From Octopus bimaculoides (taxonomy: Eukaryota): a DNA stretch of 32,354 bases. The stretch lies in NCBI RefSeq assembly GCF_001194135.2, contig NC_068989.1:90761257-90793610 (forward strand), in the 5' to 3' direction. Position numbers and translations under genes: made by a program. Below, piece after piece: positions 22,972 through 32,354 of this stretch; within the stretch, counting starts at the first letter, position 1; the number at the start of each line of letters is the position of its first letter. Below the pieces are notes generated by a model. It saw only the letters and a list, made by a program, of their open reading frames with translations, was not told the origin of the DNA and ran no database searches.

Positions 22972-23027
22972 TTGGGGGAAATTTCAAACCTGAGTTCTCA
23001 TTCCTAAGGTATTTTTCAATGTTGTTG

Positions 23028-23071
<44 letters not shown>

Positions 23072-23194
23072 ATTATTATTATTATTATTATTATTACTAC
23101 TATTATTGCCCGTGGGCAATTATGGTGTGAATTTTTAGGGCTTATAAATCTAATATACCTTAGGAATGAGAACCCAGGTTCAAAATTTTCCCAA

Positions 23195-23240
23195 GACACC
23201 TGATGAAGGCTGGAGGGTATATCAGCCAAAACGTTGTGTT
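23195..23240 (+). ncRNA. Minimal hammerhead motif with core mutation G12A (probably inactive)
   Basis: GACAC-CUGAUGA-A-GGCUG...CAGCC-AAAA-CGUU-GUGUU. Confidence 0.55.
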
Positions 23241-24460
23241 AACAAGAAACAAGATGAGGACAAATATCCGTCAAATGTAAATAATGTACTAATTCCTCAT
23301 CTCTTACTGTAATATCTGCTTATTCTTGTATTTCATATCCATATGCAGATGTTACATTTGTTTGAGGTGTGCATAGGAGTGGAAAATACAGTGATAATAT
23401 CAAAACAGGAGATTGGAAAAATGTTTGATATTATTTGTTTCAATTGTTATTAGGAGTTCCAAAATTGTACATGTTGTAGAGAGCATGTGAGATATCTCCT
23501 ATTAGAATCAAATAATAATAATTCTTGATCTGAAGAATTTTTAATAGAAGATACATTACCTGTTTCTACTACATGTACAATGTTGTTACTCCTATTAGCA
23601 AATGAAACATGTGTAATGGTGAATAAGTAATCTCCCAAATTTTCTGATCTCTTGTTTTGATATATGTTTATACATATTTTTGAGACCCTTTTGATCTTTC
23701 TCATTGGTCATAAACACTCCATGTTGTAAATTCAACATCCTAAACATCTTAAGTTACTTATATTCTGTGTCATAGGTTATATATCTTCTACATCACTAAG
23801 TTAAATATTTTCTATATCATAACTCTGCTGTTCTGTGTGTCATAAGTTCAAAGTTCTTTCTATCATAAACTCATTATCTTCTACATCATGCATCTAGTGA
23901 CCTCCATGCCATCACTTCAGTGTTCTCTCTATCATAAATTTGCTATCCTTCATTCCTCTCTGATCATAAACTTAATGTTATCCATGTCTTTTTTAGTCAA
24001 ATATTTGGTGTCCTTTATGTTATAAATTTTAGTATCTTTTCCATGTGTTTGGTTTCTCTTTCTCCTAATTTTGCTGTCCATTGATCAGAATTTTCATCTT
24101 CTTTGTGTCTTAGATTTGGTGGCGTTTGTGTAATTTTCATATCCTATTTGTCATAAGTTTGGTGTTCTTTTATAAGTTCAATATTTTTTGAGTTGCAAAT
24201 TCAGTGTATGTCAAGTCACAAGTTCCCTGCTTTCTATGTCATAAATTTGGTGTCCTGCATATCGTAAACCCGGTATCCTTGAAATCTTAAGAAACACTAT
24301 AGGCATGTTGCTTGGTTACTGCTTGAGCAGATCTGTTGCAAGTAGACAGCTGGTCAAATGCCAGTGTTTGGATACTATTGTTTTTGTTTATTTAACCTTG
24401 ATCTAAACTGATTTGTGTCTATCTGGCTGTGATCCCCAAGCAAAGAAGTGAAAAGTGTAC

Positions 24461-24508
<48 letters not shown>

Positions 24509-24892
24509 NNNNNNNNNNNNNNNNNNNNNNNNNNNNNNNNNNNNNNNNNNNNNNNNNNNNNNNNNNNNNNNNNNNNNNNNNNNNNNNNNNNNNNNNNNNN
24601 NNNNNNNNNNNNNNNNNNNNNNNNNNNNNNNNNNNNNNNNNNNNNNNNNNNNNNNNNNNNNNNNNNNNNNNNNNNNNNNNNNNNNNNNNNNNNNNNNNNN
24701 NNNNNNNNNNNNNNNNNNNNNNNNNNNNNNNNNNNNNNNNNNNNNNNNNNNNNNNNNNNNNNNNNNNNNNNNNNNNNNNNNNNNNNNNNNNNNNNNNNNN
24801 NNNNNNNNNNNNNNNNNNNNNNNNNNNNNNNNNNNNNNNNNNNNNNNNNNNNNNNNNNNNNNNNNNNNNNNNNNNNNNNNNNNNNNNNNNNN

Positions 24893-24928
<36 letters not shown>

Positions 24929-25746
24929 TTTGAAGGACCACATCACTGCATTCTGCATCACATGTTGGATTGTCTCTTCTCACCAACCACTTAAAAATCA
25001 TCCCCATTTAATGTCCATTCTCCATGCTGTCATGGGTTGGACAATTCAACAGCTGTTGGCAGGCTGGAGAGCAGCACAAGGTCCCAATTGTCTGTTTTGG
25101 CAAGATTTCTGCAGCTGGTTGCTCTTCCAAATGCCAACCACTTTACAAAGTGGACTCTGCTTTTTTATGTGGCACTGGCCACTGGTGACTTTTACATGAC
25201 ACCAGCTCCAAATTGTCCTATGGTGGTGGTTGTGACAGTGGAAATAGTTCCAGCTGCAGTGAGATTCATATTTTATTTGTGTTTTTTATGACATTTTGTA
25301 AATGTTAACATTTAATTGAAGCTGTTCCAATGACCCAATCCTTGCTTCCCTGTATTTACAAAAGGTGAAAGTGACAAGAGATTGTCTCTGTAACTCTGCC
25401 AGAAGAGACATGCAAGGGATATGTCTACCAAAAGCCCTAGTTTATCAATGTTTTCTTTGCCTATGTTTACATCTTTCACTGATATACATTGCCAAAAGAT
25501 TTATGTACACTTAACAAACCTGCTTCCAGGGGATTTCAAAGTTCATTTGGTTCCACTACAGGGCGTCTTGGCAAGTGCCTTCTACCAACCTTATGGGTGG
25601 AACTGTACAGAATCTTACCATGTATACACTATATATTATCATCAGTATCATCATTTAATGCATGTTTCCATGCTGGTATGGGTTGGACGGTTTGACAGAA
25701 GCTGGCAAGCCAGAAGACTGTGCCAAAAGTCTGTGTTTTTGCATCG

Positions 25747-25926
25747 TTTCTATGGCTGGATGCTCTATCATTCTATCATTTCTATGGTTGGATGCTCTAT
25801 CATTCTATCGTTTCTATAGATGGATGCTCTATCGTTCTATCGTTTCTATGGCTGGATGTTCTATCGTTCTATCGTTTCTATGGCTGGATGCTCTATCATT
25901 CTATCGTTTCTATGGCTGGATGCTCT
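25747..25926. repeat. 32-bp tandem repeat, about 5.6 copies, inside a SINE-like element
   Basis: Unit tttctatggctggatgctctatc(a/g)ttctatcg starts at 25747, 25779, 25811, 25843, 25875 and 25907. Confidence 0.95.
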
Positions 25927-26303
25927 TCCTAATGCCAACCACTTTACCTGGCACCAGCACCAGTGAAGTCACCAAGTAACTTGTGAGATAAGGCCCTCTC
26001 AAATGAGCAGTGAGTAGTATTGAGGGAGGTGATTTTGTGCCAGATGACGAGAGATTAGAGTATGATGGATGGATAGAAAAAGATGTTTTGTAGTAGAAGA
26101 GATATGTGGCTGCCCCATTTGGAAAGAGAGAGAGAGAGAGGAAGAGAAGATGAAGCTGATATGTCAGAGCAAACCCTCAAGTTAAAAGTGGTTGTATATA
26201 AGAGAAGGGGTCCAGAGGGTGAGTGGGTGGGTAAGTTTGTGAAAGTGGGAGGTAGAGGGGAGGAGATGTAGCTAAGTAGATATAAATGTATGTATACAGG
26301 CAC

Positions 26304-26675
26304 AGGCGTGGCTGTGGTAAGAAGTTTGCTTCCCAACCATGTGGTTCTGGGTTCAGTCCCACTGAAAGCACCTTGTGCTGCCTTCAACTATAGCCTCTGG
26401 CTGACCAAAGCCCTGTGAGTGGACTTGGTGGATGGAAACTTAAAGAAGCCTGTTGTGTATATATGTCTGTGTGTCTTTGTGTCTGTTTGTACCTCACTAC
26501 TGCATGGCAACTGGTGTTGGGTGTGTTTACAGCCCCACAACTTAGTAGTTCAGACAAAAAGGCTGATAGAATAAATACCAGATTCAGAAAAAACAAAAAA
26601 ACAAGTATTAAATACCGGTGTTGATTTGATTAAAGTTTCTTCAAGGTGGTGCTCCAGTATGGCTGTGCCTAATGG
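26304..26675 (+). mobile_element. Near full-length tRNA-derived SINE
   Basis: Head ggcgtggctgtggtaagaag...gggttcagtccc, central body, and tail ttcaaggtggtgctccagtatggc. Confidence 0.75.
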
Positions 26676-26801
26676 CTCGAGCCTACACTCTTCAACAGAA
26701 AAGAATAAGAGAAAATAAACAGAGAGAAAATAAAAAAAATACTTGTGGATTTAGCAGTCAAAAAAAATTAAGATACTTTATGTGAGTTCATGTGTTGAAG
26801 C

Positions 26802-27037
26802 ATATTTTGTTGCGTCTGGGTCGGGTCATACCCTTTTAGTGGCTTTATTATTTAACACACTCACCGGCAAAGTTTCCACTCATTTACTTATTTACTTAAC
26901 GACTCTTGAAAAGGTTGCAAGATGCAACAAAATGTTTAGGAAAAATAAATGAGGAAATGAGTAGAAACTTTACTGGTGAGTGTGCTAAATTGTAAGGCAC
27001 TAAAAGAGAATAACTCTCTCCAGACACAACAAAATAT
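26802..27037. mobile_element. Palindromic MITE family, copy 2
   Basis: TIR atattttgttg(c/t)gtctgg / ccagacacaacaaaatat with long inverted arms. Confidence 0.7.
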
Positions 27038-28636
27038 ATATATATATATATANNNNNNNNNNNNNNNNNNNNNNNNNNNNNNNNNNNNNNNNNNNNNNNN
27101 NNNNNNNNNNNNNNNNNNNNNNNNNNNNNNNNNNNNNNNNNNNNNNNNNNNNNNNNNNNNNNNNNNNNNNNNNNNNNNNNNNNNNNNNNNNNNNNNNNNN
27201 NNNNNNNNNNNNNNNNNNNNNNNNNNNNNNNNNNNNNNNNNNNNNNNNNNNNNNNNNNNNNNNNNNNNNNNNNNNNNNNNNNNNNNNNNNNNNNNNNNNN
27301 NNNNNNNTATTGCAGCAACAATTATAATAACAGCAACAATTATAATAAATAAATAAATTTACTTATCCTGGATACTCTATTGAAATGTGCATAGGTTTGG
27401 CTTAATGTGGTTGTTTCTGCTATTATAATTGTTGCTGCAATAAAGTATCTTCAATGCATCGATTTTGAGCTCTATCTTTTAAGAGACATATATATATATA
27501 TATATATATATGCATATACAAGGGGTGCAAAAGTAGGTGTACACTTACAAAAAAACGTGTACAATATGCATTTATTTTTATCAAAAAAAAAAAAGAAAAG
27601 AAAATTAGAAGTTAGCCTCATTTTTGATATTTTTAGCGTTGTTAATCATAATAATACATATATTATAACTGCAACAATACTTTTATCGTTACTTTTAATT
27701 TTTTTTGCTAAAAATAAATGAGTACTGTATGTTTCTTTTTTTTATAACTGTATACCTACTATTGCCCCTACCTCTATGTGTGTGTGTGTGTGTGTGCGCA
27801 TATCTATATCTATATATATTTATATATACACATATAATATTTGTGTGTGTATGCACATGCATTTTCCTGATTTTGGTTTCTTCAGTTTTTATTTTACTCC
27901 TTGTAGTTGTATTGTCTTTGTTCTTTTTCTTTTCTTTATTTTTGTAAAACTCTAAAAATAATGTCTTAAATTTCTGTTCAATGGCATCAAAGGTTGTCTT
28001 GGCTTGGAATTATTACCTCACTCTTCTCAAAATAGCTTCTCCTCCTTTTCTACACTGACTAACAGAAATTATTCTTTTCCGTCTGTTATTTATTACTTTC
28101 TTCATTACCTGTTTTGCTAATTACTATTATTAATTGGTTGAGACTGTTGGCACCTCATTTGCTGTGTTTTCTTGCTGTCCAGCACTTCGGCACTTGGTTC
28201 AGTGTTTGTTCTTGAAGCCTGAAACACCCTCTTCTTTTTTTGTTCTTTAATTTGAGGTCAGAAGCACAGTTTGGCTTCCATAATAGCCTTTTGATGCCAA
28301 AGAGAAAAAAAATGGAAGAAAAAAGAAAAAGAAACTGTCATGTTGATATTCCTTGTAAAGAACATGTCTTATAACTCTGCAATATTGAAGTTTTGTGGAT
28401 ATAAAAAAAAAAGTCCCTTCCTTGGAAAACAGGTAAAGGACAACAGTAGGAAGAAGAAGAAGAAGAAGCTGTAGAATACTGCTGCAAATAAATACCAGCC
28501 TGGAATGAACAGATGTTAAAGAAATGACCAAAGTGTTGAATAGAAATGTTATTTGGCTGCTATTTCAAGTGTGTAGGAGAAACTTCCTCTTGGTCACTAG
28601 TTGCAGATTCTGTGTAGCTGTATGGGTGCAGCAATG

Positions 28637-28790
28637 GCTGTGTGGTTATGAAGCTTGTTTCTCAACCATGTGGTCTTCAGTTCAGTCCTGCTGTTTGGTA
28701 TCTTGTGTAGGGGTCTTCAACCTTATGCCTAGATTGACCAGAGATTTGTGAGTGAATTTGGTTGATGGAAACTGAAAGAAGCCTCTTGTG
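28637..28790 (+). mobile_element. tRNA-derived SINE 5' part
   Basis: tggctgtgtggttatgaagcttg...agttcagtcc...ggaaactgaaagaagcc. Confidence 0.65.
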
Positions 28791-29050
28791 TCCATACATA
28801 CTCTCACACACTCGCATACATACACTTTCATTTTGCTCCTGTCTGCTCAGCTAGAAAAAATGAGTTGTACCTGTAATTTCAAAGGGGTCAGCCTTGTCAC
28901 ATTCTGTGTCATGCTGGATCTCCCTGAGAACTACGTTAAGGGTACACGTGTCTGTGGAGTGCTCAGCCACTTACACATTAATTTCACAAGCAAGCTGTTC
29001 CATTGATCGGATCAACTGGAACAGCCATTGTTGTAGGCAGTGGAGTGTCA

Positions 29051-29095
<45 letters not shown>

Positions 29096-29162
29096 TATGT
29101 GCTGGTTTGGCTCTATTAAATTACAGACAAACACATCAGCAAGCAATCACAGAGCTTTAGTA

Positions 29163-29202
<40 letters not shown>

Positions 29203-30451
29203 GTGTGTGTGTGTGTGTGTACCTTTATCTAGACATTTCATGATCGTTGTAAATATGCATCACTGGCATGCAGACGATGTGTTCCATCTCCACTCTTCCA
29301 TGGAAAAACATGTCTGGCCATGGAGAAATATCCTGCTTGGATTGGAAACAGGTAATGGTTGGTAACAGGAAGGGCACCCTGCCATAGAAAATTTGCCTCA
29401 GAACATATTCTGTCTGACCCTTGCAACATAAAAAATTCAAAATTAAATGATGATGATGATGATGATGGTTCTGTACTTTGTTATTAAAAAACGTGCCATT
29501 CTTCCAAACAAAATGTCAATCTTCATAGGGTTTCTGTCAACTGTATTGTTGTGTCTTGATTCTCTGCCAGAACATTCTTTGATTCTCTCTTAAGAATCTC
29601 CTTTTGCATAGATCTATTCCCGGATCATTCAGTTTTAAGTGACAATAATAAGGGGCCACGTTTCCATCTGTTATCGATTTCCTTCCACTCTTGTTCTCTC
29701 TTTGGGGGCCTTCCTTATTTCCAATGCTTCGTTCTTCCATCAACCGAGGAATCACAGTAGTTTTTACAGAAGTCTGTTTTGACAGCGCCTTTTATCTGAT
29801 GTTTGGTGACCCTGTCCAACTGAATGCTGGAGCACAAATTTGTGGGCGGATAAAAATACTCCAACATAAAGAACTGGAAAGCTATTCTGATTTCAAACAG
29901 TGCTGGAATCAGCATTATTTATAGTTTTTGAGTTAGTAAAAAATATATGTACCAGTGATACACTAGGGTCAAACTCTGTCAAATATGCATGTCATTTAAG
30001 CAAATTTTTTCACCTAAGAAATCATCATCATCATTATCATCATCATCGTTGTTGTAAACAGCAGTAGCAGTGGCAGTAGCAGCAGCCTTCTTCTTCAATT
30101 TCTGGGGAGGACTTGTGGTAAGCTAGCAAAATGCTTAGTGGCATTTCTTCCAGCTCCATATGCTTTGAGTTCAAATCCTGCTGGGGTCAACTTTGGTTTT
30201 CATCCTTTTAGGGGTTGATTAAATAAATACCAGTCAAGAAATGGGGGGGGGGTGTAATCAATTATCCCCTCCCTCTAAAATTGCTGGCCTTGTGCCAAAA
30301 TTTGAAGCCATTATTATAATTCAGCAGAGGGTTCGCTTTGCCTTTCATCCTTTTGGGGTCAATTAAGCAAGTACCAGTTACGCACTGGGGTCGATGTAAT
30401 CGACTTAATCCCTTCCTCCAAATTCGAGGCCTTGTACTTCCAATAGAAAGG

Positions 30452-30486
<35 letters not shown>

Positions 30487-30994
30487 GACTCGGCAAGGAA
30501 AGTGAGATCACAGCCGTAGCCTATACCAGTGTCGCATAACCAGGCCATTTAGAAAGTACCTGACTGACTCCTGCGATGACTGACTGCTGACTGTAGTGGT
30601 TGGGTCATACCACTTTGTCACATGGGAAGGGGAGTACTCTTTTCACTACAACACTGACCAAATACTTTGCCTTGTATAGCTGTGTTCTTTTGCCATCTGA
30701 GTTGATCTCCTGTCAAGGTTGGCTTCATGTTTCAGCCTTTCTGGGTTGAAAACATAAAAGCCATGTATGGCGGTTGAGTTAATGAATTTGTTTTTAATCA
30801 TCACCTAAGATTGTGAAAGCTGTTTGTTCTGAAAAATGAAAGAGAGAGAAATATTATTATTGTTGTTTCTTGATGCTGTGAGGATATAGAATGTCCTGAA
30901 TGTATTTGAGCCTTTGTAATCACTTTTTTAGACCAATATCTTTGCACAGGAAGGCGGCGAGCTGGTTGAAATGTTAGCACATTCATAGATATCA

Positions 30995-31207
30995 TAGTAA
31001 GCTCCTCTAATGGACTTAGCTATCAGTCCACATAAAAGTGTATTATAAGATATAATTTCAGAGAATTGCGTGACTGTCTTAGTAAGCTCCTCTAATGGAC
31101 TTGGCTATCAGTCCACATAAATGTGTATTATTATAAGATATGGTTTCAGAGAATTGTATGACCGTCATAGTAAGCTCCTCTAATGGACTCGGCTATCAGT
31201 CCACATA
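30995..31207. repeat. 85-88-bp tandem repeat, about 2.5 copies
   Basis: tagtaagctcctctaatggact..gctatcagtccacata starts at 30995, 31080 and 31168. Confidence 0.92.
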
Positions 31208-31419
31208 TGCAATTGAATTGTATAGGGCAGCGCATACATATTAATGCAAACTTGAACACACAATTTCTTGCATACTGAAATTAAAACTACTGGAAGACAG
31301 TTGCAGAGCAGGGGTAATCCTATGGAAGTCACATGGTTAAATTTGTATATAATCATCTCTCATACTTCCTGACTATACATACATACACACATACATACAA
31401 GCATACTTACAGACATACA

Positions 31420-31451
<32 letters not shown>

Positions 31452-31730
31452 NNNNNNNNNNNNNNNNNNNNNNNNNNNNNNNNNNNNNNNNNNNNNNNNN
31501 NNATATATATACATACACACACACACACATACACATATATAATGTGCTTGTATGTATGTGTGTGTGTGTGTGTATTTGTAGAGATTTATACTCAAAGATT
31601 CTGTTCAAGAATGGTTTTTGTACACACATGTATATTCTCTTCATTTTTTTTCTCTTTTTTTTTTTGCCACGTGTGCGTGTGTCTGTTCTTTATTTTGTCT
31701 GCACGAGTTAGTCTTCCCATTTCATGACAG

Positions 31731-31874
31731 ATGCGTATCGAATTGATGCTGGAACATGAGGAAACGGTCACCTCCCTGCGGGAGATGCTGCAGGAGAGGG
31801 ACACGACGGCAGACGAGATGTGCACCGAGATCGATGGACTGCACGCGGAGATTACCAATTTGGGTGAACACCAG
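31731..31874 (+). CDS. AKAP9/PCNT: Coding exon 10 (MRIELMLEHEETV...NLGEHQ)
   Basis: Acceptor ttcatgacag|ATG and donor CAG|gtattg; 144 nt, phase 0-0; GC-rich codon-like island in AT-rich surroundings. Confidence 0.85.
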
Positions 31875-32159
31875 GTATTGAAATCTCAAACTCTGAACGC
31901 TGATGCTCTCCATTTATTGCAACCATATGTGTCGGCTGACTTGTATGCTCCCTCTAAAACTAATCTCTTTATATACAATGCGTGAGTGGGTGTGTGTGTA
32001 TGTATGTGTTTGTGCTTCAGTTATGTGTGTATGTATAGATCATGTTTGTGGGTGCATGTAACATGTATATACACACATATTCATACATACATACATACAC
32101 ACATACATACACTCATAGGCATAGACTTGTTTGTGTGTGACTGTCCTCAGGCAGAAAGA

Positions 32160-32291
32160 AATATATATATATATATATGTATATATCTATATAGATAAGT
32201 GTATATATGCATATATATACACACATACATATGTCTATATATATATATGTGTGTGTGTGTATGTATGAATGTGTGTGTATATATATGTATA

Positions 32292-32354
<63 letters not shown>
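32160..32354. repeat. (TA)n/(TG)n microsatellite-rich end; many similar (TA)n, (CT)n, (GT)n, (ATT)n tracts occur throughout the window
   Basis: Directly visible; further examples at 197-221, 613-670 and 2247-2296. Confidence 0.95.

Larger units (their letters stand above)
22869..23288. mobile_element. Penelope-like foldback: two divergent arms of about 135 bp, each with a hammerhead motif, around a (TTA)n spacer
   Basis: Arms 22869-23012 and 23155-23288 are near-perfect reverse complements. Confidence 0.85.

Noticed and set aside
23450-23704. Minus-strand 84-aa ORF as a nested gene
   Set aside because: No recognisable motif or splice context; length is compatible with chance.
24375-25199. 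Long ORFs of 160-256 aa
   Set aside because: They span the 384-N gap and (TA)n flanks, so they are artefacts.
25747-25926. CRISPR-like array (also considered for 30995-31207)
   Set aside because: Units abut without unique spacers, the context is a eukaryotic intron, and no cas genes are present.
27960-28130. Minus-strand peptide LAKQVMKKVINNRRKRIISVSQCRKGG as a transposase C-terminus
   Set aside because: Only a vague likeness, with no TIR or other motif nearby.

Overview
Eukaryotic, AT-rich, microsatellite-dense genomic DNA with four assembly gaps (11503-11565, 24509-24892, 27053-27307, 31452-31502). The repeat landscape resembles an octopus/coleoid cephalopod genome (inference from recalled repeat families, not a search). 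The window holds ten internal + strand coding exons (9531-31874, 1766 nt, about 588 codons) of a very long coiled-coil protein of the AKAP9/pericentrin family; the gene starts before and ends after the window. The introns contain tRNA-derived SINEs, hAT-, piggyBac- and Tc1/mariner-type elements, an RTE LINE 3' end and a Penelope GIY-YIG remnant. The most notable signal is a set of minimal type-I hammerhead ribozyme motifs with palindromic helix III (5351-5395, 15955-15999, 22926-22971, 23195-23240, decayed copy about 12330-12370). Four of them sit in divergently oriented foldback elements. One of these elements joins a tRNA-like Pol III head to the hammerhead-bearing tail. Almost all ORFs in the supplied track are microsatellite or low-complexity artefacts.
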